NCBI GenBank assembly: GCA_051294375.1
Contig: CM119268.1
Coordinates: 22,268,982 to 22,324,850 of the forward strand
Source of the DNA: Paraspadella gotoi
Lineage: Eukaryota > Animalia > Chaetognatha
Direction: 5' to 3'
DNA length: 55,869 nt
Shown: piece by piece, positions 11,435 through 24,841 of the stretch
Layout: each line of letters begins with the position of its first letter
Position numbering within the stretch: position 1 is the first letter of the stretch
Notes under the pieces: generated by a model
What the model was told of the DNA's origin: nothing
What the model saw: only the letters and a program-made list of their open reading frames with translations
Database searches by the model: none
Translations under genes and position numbers: made by a program

Positions 11435-11486
<52 letters not shown>

Positions 11487-11526
11487 CAGACAGACAAACC
11501 CTAACAAACCCCCATATTTTCCTCAC

Positions 11527-11767
11527 CTCAAGTAAGTCTCCGACATTCCCATGGAATCCGCAAAAGTGAGTCTCGTGTGCAACTCCTCGTCGAAGGAGTA
11601 GATAGCAACGTCGGAGGCTTTGGGGCCGACGACCAACTTGAAGGGATCGAGGAAGAAGAGGAGGAAGTCGAGTTGGTCTTCAAGACCGGGTTGAGTCACG
11701 CTGCTGCTTTGATCAATGAGGAAGAGGACATCCGAAGACGCGTTGTTTAGGAGACAAGGAAGCAGCT
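11527..11767 (-). CDS. Exon 2 (copy B): N-terminal part of VWA domain
   Basis: Acceptor TCCAG|, donor AG|GTGAGG. Translation contains DVLFLIDQSSSV (MIDAS DxSxS) and DVAIYSFD. Confidence 0.9.
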
Positions 11768-12258
11768 CTGGATCAGGGATTAAAAGTTGGGCTCTCTTTT
11801 TCAAAAGCGTCGCTTTTCATTTCCGAAATCCCGGAACTTAATATTAATATTTAATATTTATCTATTACCAAACCGATAACCCAATCCCTTACTTTAATCC
11901 CTAACTTAATCTTTAACCCTAACCTTAACCCCTAATTCTAATCTTTAACCCAAAGCCCTAACCATAGTCTTTAAACATAATCCCAAACCCTAACCCTTAA
12001 CCCTAATCCCTAACCTAATTTTTAACCATAACCTTAACCCCTAATTCCTCAACTTTAACCCCTAACCCTAAACCATAGTCTTTAAACTTAATCCCCAACC
12101 ATATTCCTTAATTTTAATCCCTAACTTAACCCCTTACCCTTATACCTTAGAGATTGGGTTAAATATTATGTTAGGAACTAAGGAACAGAAATTAGACGGT
12201 TTCGGAAAATAGTGCCAAAAAAATAAAAGTTATTATTAAAAATTGTATTAATACTTAC

Positions 12259-12340
12259 GCTGAATGTAGGACAGGACGGCCAAGGGAGAAGGCGGGAAAA
12301 TACAAACGATGAAAAAATACAGCGGGACTCGAAGATCCAT
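12259..12340 (-). CDS. Exon 1 (copy B, clean): signal peptide MDLRVPLYFFIVCIFPPSPLAVLSYIQ
   Basis: ATG at 12340, hydrophobic N-terminus, donor C|GTAAGT, phase 1 matching exon 2. Confidence 0.8.
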
Positions 12341-13124
12341 GACTTTTTGCTAAAGGGTTTTTATTGTAGCGCGATACAGTAAACGCGGTTTATAGAAAAA
12401 GATTGGAAGCCAGAAGGTATTTTTTTATTGCACTCAGTTTGAATAAAAAAATATTCAAAACTTTTATTTGAGCCTTTTTTTTTTTTTGGACGTTTTCGCA
12501 AAAAAGGAGAAAAATTCAATTCGTTGCTGGGGTTAAATTCCAGATATATGCACGGGAGAGAGTCAGAGAGAGATAGAGACAGAGAGAGAGAGGAATTCGA
12601 TTTATCATTTCACCTGCTCGATACTTTAATTATTATTTTCCAAAATGTTTATCAGATCGAATTTTTTTTTCCAATTTCTCTTTTTTAAAGTTTTGAGTTT
12701 TTGAGTTTTGTGTGAAATATCTATTTGTGAATTGTGACAACCGTTCAATTATAAATCCTGTTTTCGAATTTAACTGAAAATCAAAGACAAATTATATTTC
12801 TTTTTTGTCAAATTTGGTAAAATAATCAGTCTTGATTTATATACTTATAATCGTTTGTTGAAGAAGTCAAAGCTTATTTTATTCTTGTGGCCAAAACAAT
12901 CGTTTTGTCATATTTTGAGAGAGAGAGANNNNNNNNNNNNNNNNNNNNNNNNNNNNNNNNNNNNNNNNNNNNNNNNNNNNNNNNNNNNNNNNNNNNNNNN
13001 NNNNNNNNNNNNNNNNNNNNNNNNNNNNNNNNNNNNNNNNNNNNNNNNNNNNNNNNNNNNNNNNNNNNNNNNNNNNNNNNNNNNNNNNNNNNNNNNNNNN
13101 NNNNNNNNNNNNNNNNNNNNNNNN

Positions 13125-13161
<37 letters not shown>

Positions 13162-13396
13162 CCTTCGTACTCAAAGATAACGCGATGCGCGGAAAGAATT
13201 CATTTCCAACAAAACTCGAATCGAAAAGTTTCAAAAAAACCCGCAAAACTTAAATTAAGTCTTTACTTTAAACTCCCTTCGCTGTAGCCGGTTGCGTTTA
13301 ACTTTATGACGGAATTACTGTACTTTTGGGTTGCTTAAATCTTCGTACGGAGGAGAACGTTTATTCCGACACGGATTTCTGGTTGTTTTTTTTTCT

Positions 13397-16300
13397 TTGC
13401 CCAAAACCTTTAATATTTACATATTATCCCTTCTCCATATACTAAAAATAAATATTTCAGTATCATCTCCAGTTCTGAAATCCTAAATCCTATTAATGCA
13501 TTCGTAAATGTTGTACATGTACATCCCTGTTTCAACTTTCTTTCTATCCCTCTGCGTTGGTCAAATTGCGATGTCATTCTTCATTCACGTCCCCCTCCCA
13601 ACCATCTCCCCCCCCCTCCACACTCACCTCAAATTCGCTCTCTCCACCCCAAAAACTCACCCCTCCTCTGCTCTCCCCCACCGACGCCCCACCACAGCCG
13701 ACGGCGCCCTCCCGAGGCTATCGTCGAAATCCCAGAGAGAGGGCGGCAGGAAGACGACGGCGTGCGAGTCGACGAGGCGTTGGAAGCCGACGTGGAGGCG
13801 GTGAAGACGACGGCGGAGTGAACGCGGCAGGGATGGAGATGCGAGTGGAGGCGTTTGGTGGAGGGGACGGTGAGAGGGAGGGAGGAGAGGAGGAGGAACG
13901 AGGAGGAGGAGGAGGATCTGAAGATGGAAGGAAAAAGAGGGGGTTTAAGAATATTAATTAATTTTACGTAATAACATCAAATTAGATTAATTGGCGTAAG
14001 GTCAAGGTGAAACAAACCACGAAACCAAATAATAACAATAAACAACATGACAGACACAACAAAAATAATAAAAAACGACAGACTATAACACAACCGACAA
14101 CCATATATAATATTTTAATTACAAAAAGGTAATAAAAAGAAAATACAACAGATAATCAAAAACCAATAAGCAACCCTAAAACAACAAAAATAACAGAAAG
14201 CAAAAGAACAACATTAACAGGAAACTAACAACTAAAATAAACATAAACAATAAAAACAGACAACTTAACAGAAACAAACAAACAACTAAAACAACAAACA
14301 AAAACTAAAAACAACTAAACAAACAACTAGAACAACAACAAAAACTAGAAAAACAAACAAACAACTAGAAAACACAACAAACAACTAGAAACAAGAGCTA
14401 CCTTCTTCTCATACGACTCTGGCAAGAACGACCCCTCATCTCAATTCTGCCTCCACATTTCGCCGCCACTACACCCCCGCCCCCTTTTACTTCGCGCCAT
14501 CTACACTCTCGTAGGCGACGCCTCTTCGCCGCAGAATGGACATTCCATTTCGTCGAGAGAACGGAAGAGATCTTTGGGCGGCCGTGGGAGGAGGAGGAAG
14601 AGGCAGAGCGTCACTATTGAGAGAAAAGAGTGCTTTTTCTCATTTGCATCAATATGCGGTGTTTAAATATAACTTTTTTTTTTGAATTAAGTTAGTTGAT
14701 CTTTTTTCCTTTTTTGGTTAATTGAGTGGATATTTTTATCTTTTATAATTTTTTGTTGAATTGTAATTGTATCATTATATTAATAAAGTTATTTTATTAT
14801 CCCAATCTTCTTTGCTTCTCTGCCTCTTCACCCAATCTCTCCGTCAATTGGTCGCCATCCCCACTGACTCGGCTCACCCTCTTCGCCAATCGCGCGTCGG
14901 CACCATTTCTTCAACTTCTACGCCAGAGAAGCGAAGAGGCGACCTCTTTGAAGACCTGCTCAGCGCTGCGGAGACTCTTCTCGTGTGTCTTATCAATTCG
15001 CATGAACAGTCTCGGTATACATCCGGGTCTTTGAGCCAAGATTCTCCACTGGGAGTGTCGCAGGAGCAGGTGTAAGTTTTCGTCGGGAGGCTCTGGGGGG
15101 ACAGAGGGAGTTGGTGGGAGGGATGCAAGAGATGTTGTAGTTAGTTACAGGTGATGTCATCGTCGTTGATTTGTTTATTTTATTTTTGGTATTGTTTGAT
15201 GCCGATCTTTAGAGAAGCCAGAAAAAATAGTTTGAGAAATATTTAGTTTTTTTGCTTTTGAATAACAAAAATTTTGAATAATATCAAATTGAATCTGAAT
15301 TTTGAAGTTTGAAAAGTATTCCAAAATATTTAATTTAATCCTTCGAGCAAATTAATGAATGTTAATAGTAGTGTAATTACTAATTAGTGGTCTCATTCCA
15401 ATTGTGTTTTTAATATTGTGATTTTGATATCATTATTTTCATTATATTATGGTAACGTTTACTCCCCAAAAAATACTACGTAAAACCCTGCGACCAATGT
15501 TCTCTAATACTGGCACCTTGCAAGGGCATTCCCCGACAAGGATTGGATTTGCAGAAATCATTGGGACACCAGATTCCCTCCGAGTTCTTTTGAATCCATT
15601 CGTTGCAAGAACAGACGTGACGAGGCTGGCACGTGCACCGTTGGCGCAGGTCGGGGCAACAGAACAGAGATCTAAAGGGAAGTTAATATTTACTGTCGAG
15701 GGAACATTTTTACATAATGTATCAAACATCACGCTGAGAACATTTGTTTATGGCCTTCACGGCCTTTAATAAGAGTAGATATCTAAAACAATTTTAAGAA
15801 GGAACTAAAAAACAAGAAGTGCTCGGATAAAAAACAAAAATGCTAGCAATACGAGTAGTCATTCTGACACTGTCAGTAAAATTAAACATTTTGAGAATAA
15901 GTTTTGTAAGCATAGCCTAAAAGGATTTTTTTTTATTAATCGCCAAAAGAGTATTGACTAAATGCGAAAAGCAGAAAAAAAGTATCAGTGGTAAAAAACT
16001 AGAAACAGTAAGCAAAGTAAAAATAACTATTAAATTCAACAGAAACTAAAAGACACTAACGTTTAAAATGGACTAATAAATAAAATGCTATGAACTAATT
16101 CATAAAAACTATGAAATAATAAACCGTTCAAGAACGTTCAAGAATTAAAATGTATTAAGAACCAAGCAACAACAAGAGAAGAATTTTGTATACTACTTCG
16201 TTATTATGCCACAAATAAGGTGTTTCTGCTAAAATAATTTTAAATCCAATCTTTTTAAGCAGATGTGCAAACTTTGCATGTTTAAGATGAAGTTATTTTC

Positions 16301-17842
16301 AAGGCGACAAATACACAGATGATTGATTTCATAATTCAATTTATGCTTCTTGATAAAGGTCTCTCAACCGCTCAAAGCGTAAGGCTAGTCATCACGCTAA
16401 TCGTACACCTAAACTGATCCTATTCAAATTTTGTTTACTGCATTAAATAGATGACGCTTGCAAAAGGCAGACAAGGGGGAGGTCGCATGCAAATTGATTT
16501 TTGTCTCTTAATTAGCTCTAATCCTTGGTGCAGGAGGCGTCCGACTCGACGAAACTCGGCGTGGTCGCTCCACATTTTCTCTGAAAGACGCCGAAGTAAA
16601 AGAGTGAGCGACAGAGTTCCGCTGAGTGTGTGCGCTCCCAGCGGCAGCTTCTGGCCCGGCGCGATCGGCGACGAACTAAAGCATAGAAGAAGACGCCGGG
16701 CGGAGGTGATAGAGTGGTGGCGGTAGAACCGTCGTGATACGTCGTGAGGATCACGATCTTGATTGGTGGAGCAAGTTGAGTGGCGTGGCCGAATTAGATG
16801 TGTCGTTTAGCTTCGGATTTGTATGTTCGTTCGTTTGTTAATTATGAGCGTTTTCAGTTTTGAATAGCGTATTAGTATGTAGATTTTTTATTTAAAAATT
16901 TTATTTTACTTCTTTTTGTTCCTCTCTCCGTACTATCGGGAAGCCGCTGTGCCTTCCGGGCTGCAGCCTCGAACCTTAATCTTCGCCAGTGTATGTGCGG
17001 CACAGCCCGCGTTCCGAGTTTGGTGTCGAGCCGCATAGAGTAAAGACTTTTCTTAATCCCTTTCGTGTAATTTCTGGAGATGGGTTTAACTGTTTGTTGT
17101 ATTACATATTCATAATCGTTTTGTGGATTTTGTTAGTTGTACTGTATTGGGTTCTGAGTAGCGAAACTCGATCGCCTTATTTTACGTAAATTCAACGACG
17201 TAATACATGTTAGTATTGTGATTTAGTGAACGTGAGTCTTATTCTCGCATAGCAAATGATGAACAATTTCTTTGAAACATTATACATCTTCATAAGAATG
17301 GGGCAAGCAGGAGTATACTCTGGGAGTTGAAAACAAACGAGACTAGCTGAGAAAGAGTCTTTGAATTAAAAGCTAGCAAGAGAGACCTGCAGTTATAGTC
17401 ATTATGCCAATGTAAGATGATGGAAGGCTTAAACCGATCAAAGGTTCCTGTCCAAAGTCAGCGAGGCAGAGATAGTTATCTTATTAAATGAACTCAGGAA
17501 TAATTATTTATATTTGGTTGTACCAATTTCATAGATTGAGGATCTTGATTGAGAATTTCAAGAGCAGTTCACCGTTGTACAACATATATACGCGTTTTTA
17601 GGGGTTTTATGAGTTTTTGTGTTTCGTTTTTTAACGTCAATTTCGTGACAATAATCAATTCCAAGACAACGCGCGGGAGATGTTATTTGATCTGTTTGAT
17701 GCTCTCGGGTTTTTAATGTAGGCTTGGGAGGTCATATTTTAAATGTCTTTTTGCATGTCAATATTCGTAAGATACTTTCATGCAGGACGTATGTGTATTT
17801 TTTAAACACTTTATTCTGAAGAACGATGCCACGAGAGAGAGA

Positions 17843-17876
<34 letters not shown>

Positions 17877-20641
17877 CGACGAGAGAGAGAGAGAGATGGG
17901 AGAGGAGGAGAGAGGAAGAGAGGGGAAAACAGACAGACAAACGCCTAAACAAACCCCGATAATTTTCCCTCACGTCAAGTAAGTCGTCCGACATTACCTA
18001 TGGAATGCCGCAGAAAGTGAGTCGCACGTGTGGCAACTCCCAGTCGAACAGGTGTAAAGATAGCAACGTCGAGAAAGGCTATTGGGGCCGACGAACCAAC
18101 TTGAAGGGTGAGGAAGAAGAGGAAAGGAAGTCGAGTTTTGGACTCTCCTCAGGAAGAGGACACGAAGTGGCGTTAGAGCCGTCACAGCTGCTGTTTGGAT
18201 CAATGAGGAAGAGGAAATCCCGAAGAAGCGTTGTTGTGTAGTGAGACGAAGGAAGCAGCTCGGCTCTGGATCAGGGATTAAAGTGGGCTCTCTTTTTCAA
18301 ACGCCGTCGCGCTTTTCATTTCGAAATCCCGGAATTTAATTTTAATATTTAATAATTTATCTGATTACTGCACAAACCGATAACCCATACCGCCGTTACC
18401 AGATTCTAAACCATCGCCGTAAACCTTAACTCAGTTTAAAACACGAAACCTCAACTCAGCAACATCCTTATCTAATCTTTATACCCAAAGCCCTAATCAA
18501 TGAGGGAGGGATCTTTTAACAGGTATCCAAACACTAACTGCGCTATAACACGTAATCCGCTCACCGACTACCATAACTTTGAGTTAACATAACCTTTAAA
18601 CCCCTAATTCCCCAACTTATTTAACGCCTAACCCTAAACAATAGTCAGTAATACCCCAACCATAATTCTTAATTTTAATCCCTAACTTAACCCTTACCTA
18701 GCTTATACCCGTTAGAAGATTGGGTTTAAATCATTATGTTAGGTGGAACTAAGGAGCAGAAATTAGACGGTTTCGCGAAAATAGTGGCCAAAAAAATAAA
18801 AGTTATGTATTAAAAATTGTATTAATTGACTTACGCTCTGAATGTAGCGACAGGAACGCGCCAAGGGAGAAGGGCGGGAAAATACAAACGATGAAAAATA
18901 CAGCGGGACTTCGTAGATTCCACTGATTTTTGGGCTTATGTGGTTTTTAATTAGTAGAGCGATACAGGTGGAATGCGGGTTTATAGAAAGAAGATTGGAA
19001 GACCTTAGATCAAGGTAATTATTCTTTTTGTTTATGGTTGTTGTATTGCACTGCAGAGTTTGAAGATTAAATACATTATTGTAAAACTTTTTATTTGGAG
19101 CCTGGGTTATTTTTATGTTGTTTTTTTTTGAACGATTTTCGTGCAAATAACGGAAGGAAAAATTCGAATTCTGTGGTGTCAGTGGGAGTAGTAAAGTTTC
19201 AGATATAGTGCACCGGCTGAGAGAGTCAGGAGAGATAGACGACGAGAGAGGGCGAGAGGAATTCGATTTATCATTTCACCTGCTCGATACTTCTACTTAT
19301 TCATTATCAAATGTTTAATCGATTCGAATGTTTTTTATTTTGTAAGCAATTTCTCTTTTTTAAAAGTTTGGAAGTTTTTTTGAGTTTGTGTGAATATTAT
19401 TTGGTGAATTGTGACAATCGCGTTCAAATTTAAATCTGTTTTCGAGAGAGAGGAGAGAGACTTTCCCTTCGTACTCAAGATTTTAACGCGATGCGCGGAA
19501 AGAATTCATTCTTCCAACAAAACTGCGAATGGAAAGTTTCAAAAACCCGCAAAAACTAAATTAAGTCTTTACTTTTAAACCTCCCTTTCGCTGTGCCGTG
19601 TGTGCGTTTAACTTATGACGGAATTATGTGACTTATCTGGGTTGAGCCTTAAATCTTCGTACTGGAGGAGAAGAGTTTATCTTTTCCGACACAAACGGAT
19701 TATCTAGGTTGTTATATATTTGTTATCCCTGAGCAAAAATCAATAATTTTTTGTGATTCTATAGCAAGAAATCTTGATAAAGGACGGGAGGTGGTCGGAT
19801 AAAGGTAGAGAGAAGGAGGGGGGGGGGGGCTGCGGGGGGCGACNNNNNNNNNNNNNNNNNNNNNNNNNGTATGTTTTAATTTAGTTTGACGAGAACGAGA
19901 TTGAATTATTAAGTGTTAGGGTTAGTCAATTATATCAATTAAATGAATCAATTTGAGTCTTTGATAGAATCTAATGGAAAAGATGATCTATTAAATGAAG
20001 TAGAAGGGGAGAGCGGTCAAACGCCGCAAGAGCTTTGCCGAATTTGTAAAAATATTTGTAAAGAATTTGTAAAATTTATAATTAAAAATGATATTATCGC
20101 TACAACAAAGCGACGAAGACTTTATTTCATCCGAAGGAATTCGCGTCGTCATTACGTTTTATTCTCAATACATAAATTTATCCCTTCGAGAAAATACAAA
20201 CAGCTAAGTGTAAAAAAAAAGTTGTCACGTGATAAGTAAACATTAGGACAGACTTCGACTGACAAATAAACTTTAAACATTAGGACAGACATCGACTGAC
20301 AAATAAACTTTAAACTTTCTTGATCGCGAGAGTAATTTTCGCTTTCATCTCGGGAGAAGAAAACATTTTTTTAAAAGAAAGTAAATCGCAGTTGATATTC
20401 AACTGTTAAATTTTAAAATGATACATGTCTTGATTATTTAAAGAAAAATGATTTTTTTAAACTTTCTGACCGAAACGTGATTGGAAAAACATTTAACATT
20501 TTATCTTTCTTTAGTAGTAGTTTTAACTTGTTTTAGTTTATTTAAGTTTATTGATGATTTATGATGAAAAGAGTTTTTGAAAATAGATGATAAAACGAGA
20601 AATTAAGATTTAAAATTGACTATTAATCTTTTTTTTACATT
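13397..20641 (-). pseudogene. Copy C of the aGPCR locus (exons 1-8 plus upstream; equivalent to ~1915-9255), heavily indel-corrupted
   Basis: All exon landmarks occur in the same order, with dense, mostly insertion-type single-base changes up to the 25-N gap at 19844-19868. 19869-20641 is a clean copy of ~8474-9255. Probably uncorrected read sequence rather than a true pseudogene. Confidence 0.7.
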
Positions 20642-20708
20642 NNNNNNNNNNAAATCGAAAACGAGTTTCGACGAAAAATACGGAAATGAGTTTTGCATTG
20701 GATGGAAA

Positions 20709-20790
20709 AGCGATTACAGTGAGAACCGTTTCCGTCGTCGGGAGATCGAATGTTGGATTTGCGTCTTAAACGGTTTCCGCTGTAATCGCT
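20709..20790 (+). ncRNA. pre-miRNA-like hairpin
   Basis: AGCGATTACAGTGAGAACCGTTT (20709-20731) pairs with AAACGGTTTCCGCTGTAATCGCT (20768-20790) at 22 of 23 positions including 2 G:U; 36-nt loop. Confidence 0.45.
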
Positions 20791-20930
20791 CTCACTGTGG
20801 AATAGATTTCACGAAGTAAAGAAAAGAAGAAAGGATGAAGAAATTCTTGTGAAAAGATACTGTGCTAAAACTGACAAATGTATAAAGCGGTGTGCACTGT
20901 ACAACGTATCTTCGCTTGAGGTCTTCGGAT

Positions 20931-20965
<35 letters not shown>

Positions 20966-23504
20966 NNNNNNNNNNNNNNNNNNNNNNNNNNNNNNNNNNN
21001 NNNNNNNNNNNNNNNNNNNNNNNNNNNNNNNNNNNNNNNNNNNNNNNNNNNNNNNNNNNNNNNNNNNNNNNNNNNNNNNNNNNNNNNNNNNNNNNNNNNN
21101 NNNNNNNNNNNNNNNNNNNNNNNNNNNNNNNNNNNNNNNNNNNNNNNNNNNNNNNNNNNNNNNNNNNNNNNNNNNNNNNNNNNNNNNNNNNNNNNNNNNN
21201 NNNNNNNNNNNNNNNNNNNNNNNNNNNNNNNNNNNNNNNNNNNNNNNNNNNNNNNNNNNNNNNNNNNNNNNNNNNNNNNNNNNNNNNNNNNNNNNNNNNN
21301 NNNNNNNNNNNNNNNTTTCTTTCTTTGTTTGTATGTCTGTATGTCAGTTTTTCCGACAAACTGTCTGTCTGTATTACTGTGTGACGCCTGTCTGTCTGCT
21401 TGACTGCNNNNNNNNNNNNNNNNNNNNNNNNNNNNNNNNNNNNNNNNNNNNNNNNNNNNNNNNNNNNNNNNNNNNNNNNNNNNNNNNNNNNNNNNNNNNN
21501 NNNNNNNNNNNNNNNNNNNNNNNNNNNNNNNNNNNNNNNNNNNNNNNNNNNNNNNNNNNNNNNNNNNNNNNNNNNNNNNNNNNNNNNNNNNNNNNNNNNN
21601 NNNNNNNNNNNNNNNNNNNNNNNNNNNNNNNNNNNNNNNNNNNNNNNNNNNNNNNNNNNNNNNNNNNNNNNNNNNNNNNNNNNNNNNNNNNNAATTAGCA
21701 ACGTAGTAAAAGATGTTCACAATAATAATAATAAGCTTAATCGCTAAGCGGAATTAAATTTTATTTAAATTTATATTCATATTAAGAATAGCAGTAATAA
21801 CTAACTAACATTAACTATTTATTCAAATCTGCTTTCACAAATTAATATATATAGTATATACCAATAAATGTCCAATATATACAAATATCTACAATGAGAG
21901 TTGCTTATTTATTAAAAAAGTAAAGTAGAAAAATCACTGAAACTCAAGAAAGTCAAACTTTCGAAAATTCATATTTTTTCTCAAGATTAAAAACGTTAAG
22001 ACATTTTTTTATCTTTTTATGATAAAATATGAAAAGTTGACGACTAGGAGAGGAACTAGTGAAGCTTTTCTTCCAAAAAAAAAAGGCTGTGAATCATTTC
22101 CTCACGTGATATTTACAGAAAGTCGCTGTCGACGGACGTGAAAACTTTGTGTCAAAGTCGATTAATTGTGAATTAGGGCCGACAAACGACCAATCCTTAA
22201 TCAATTAATCATTATTTTTAAGCAAATCCTTACGTCAAAAAATCAATAAATCAATACATCAAATCAATAAAGCAATCAATGACAATGATAACCAAAACGG
22301 GAAAAAAAGATTTGGTTACTTATTAAGTGTTGTTATTCTTCTACCGATCTTTAAGGAACCAACTAAGAAAGATTTCAATCCTAGTCGGTCAGTCAAATTC
22401 TAAAGCGACATTTACAGTCACATTCACTCGTTTCGTTCACATTAACGTCATTCACGAATCACGAATCACTCGCGATTTTCCAAAGTCCATTTTTTCCCCG
22501 AATTTTCTCTCGATTTCGAGAGAAAATCTTCTTAGCGAAAGAAAAGTCAAATTCTCTGTAGGAGAGAAACACAAAGCCGAAAAAAAATGAATAAATATTC
22601 AATACAAGATAATCTTAATAAAACAATGTTTTACAATGTAACATCGACTANNNNNNNNNNNNNNNNNNNNNNNNNNNNNNNNNNNNNNNNNNNNNNNNNN
22701 NNNNNNNNNNNNNNNNNNNNNNNNNNNNNNNNNNNNNNNNNNNNNNNNNNNNNNNNNNNNNNNNNNNNNNNNNNNNNNNNNNNNNNNNNNNNNNNNNNNN
22801 NNNNNNNNNNNNNNNNNNNNNNNNNNNNNNNNNNNNNNNNNNNNNNNNNNNNNNNNCCCCCCATACGCAAAAAAAGCGGAACCTCAGATTATTTCTTTAT
22901 ATTTTTGCCCCAAAAAAAGAACAAAAGTTTCTTTATTCTTTTTTAATCGTAATTCTTGTTGTTGTTGTTGTCGTTGTTGTTGTTACGAATAGATAATTTT
23001 GACTTTTATTTTTAAATTCAATCTTTCATAACAGATTCCTTTTTTTTCAGTAATGATTGCGTAGCGTATCTATTATTAGGTATTACGATTATTGAGCAAC
23101 TAAATGTTAAATGTTCAATGTTTCAATGTCCTAATTTAAAAGCAAAAACTACAACTATTTATAGATTATTATTATTATGCAAATTACAGATGAATGTATT
23201 TTGACACGTAACCCATACAGAGATGACGATTTCAATCACCGATTTTTTTTAAGGCCGCATACACTAAGCCACGCTTAGTTTCTACATGTTGTAAGAATTT
23301 TTTTTTTTACAGGGGATACATAATGACATAAAGTTGTGAGAAATTTTTTTTTATTATTATTGCAAAAATTATAAAAGCAAGAAAAATAAGAAAAAAAAGA
23401 AAAATAAGAAAAATAAGAAAAATAAGAAAAATTTCGACACATTTCTAAACCGGGGATCGCTTGCTGTTTTATATATGTTTTAATATCACTTCTTTCCGCC
23501 GGCG

Positions 23505-23540
23505 ATCGACATCGGCCACGCCCACTTCCGGTGACGAAAG
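23505..23540 (+). promoter_or_regulatory. Promoter-like motif cluster: GCCACGCCC (SP/KLF-like) + ACTTCCGG (ETS) + TGACG
   Basis: GGCCACGCCCACTTCCGGTGACG in a small CpG-rich patch. A possible donor GAG|GTGAGG lies ~290 bp downstream (~23812). Confidence 0.5.
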
Positions 23541-23848
23541 GGGAAGAGATTTGAATATCGATTTTGAGCTTGAATAAATTATAAAGTTTGTAGATTCTGA
23601 TCGATCGTCTATTTTTATATTTTGATATGAATATAACAATTATTGGGAGTAGAGTTTAATGAAATATGAATGGTGTTCCGCAACGTCTGTTAACTCGGAG
23701 CATTTGAAGAAGATTCATACTCCGACTATGTAACAGTTTGAATTGTTAAAGAGGGAAAACCGGGCGGTTGGCCTATTATGTGAACCCATAAAAGATACAT
23801 CCATGAGAGAGGTGAGGAGAAGCGGTGACACGAAAAGACCGAGGAGAT

Positions 23849-23883
<35 letters not shown>

Positions 23884-24782
23884 ACAGATGAGACAGGGGA
23901 AAAAAGGGATGGGATAGAGAGAGAAGAGAGCGAGGGATGAGCCAGAAGAGGAGCGTCAGGAAAGGCACTTAAGGATTAAATGATTGGGTTACAGCGTCAC
24001 TTAAGAACAACTACAGTATTCAGTTTCAGATATTTTCTCTTCAATTTCTTATCTCCGTTTTCACTTTAAAATTATCCTTTCCTAATTTTTTTATTAATTT
24101 TTCTTATTTTCTTTATTGTAAAAATATTTGGGAGCAAATAGTTTTTTCGTGATGAAATTCGTCTCCAGAGTTTTCAGTCGTGACGATAGAGAAAAAAACA
24201 AACAAAAGTCACGATTTAAAATTTAAATTTAAAATTAAATCCGGTTAAAGTTAAAAACCGGGAAAATAATTCTGAACTTGAACACACGTTTTAAAATCAT
24301 CGGAATTGGAAGAAAATATGGGGGGAAAATAAAGATATTAAATTATTGAATTTAAAAAAAATAAATCAAAATCAAAATAAACTCATACAGAAAATTTGAA
24401 AGAAATAAAAAAAAAGAATAATATAAAAATTCAAAGAAAAAATACATAGAGTTTGTGAGAGTAATTAATTAACTAACAATCATTTTAATTATGAAAAATA
24501 TATGTAATAAAGAGTATTTTCATGTAATAATTTAAAAAACGAGCTAATAAAACTAAAAAAAAGAACAAAATAAGTTTTAAAAAGAATATAAAAGAAACGT
24601 GATTAGAATGAAACTTTTCTCGACATCTGGAAAACGACATCAGAATTTAAGAAAAACAAAAAATACAAAATGACAAAAATGATTTTTTTTTTCAAAAGAA
24701 GCAAATGTCTGCAGTTGAGAATTTGGAATTGGGGCAACGACCGCTAACCTGTACGTGATTAGTATGTTTAAATGTATGAAAT

Positions 24783-24841
<59 letters not shown>

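Larger units (their letters stand above)
9626..13396 (-). repeat. Copy B of the aGPCR locus (exons 1-5 plus upstream region; equivalent to ~3980-8371)
   Basis: Collinear near-identity with copy A. It starts after the 25-N gap and lacks ~500 bp of intron 4 near 10035-10060. Confidence 0.9.

Noticed and set aside
19943-20239. 98-aa ORF with CRICKNIC
   Set aside because: AT-rich, no recognisable domain, and the frame is not preserved in the copy at ~8549-8847.
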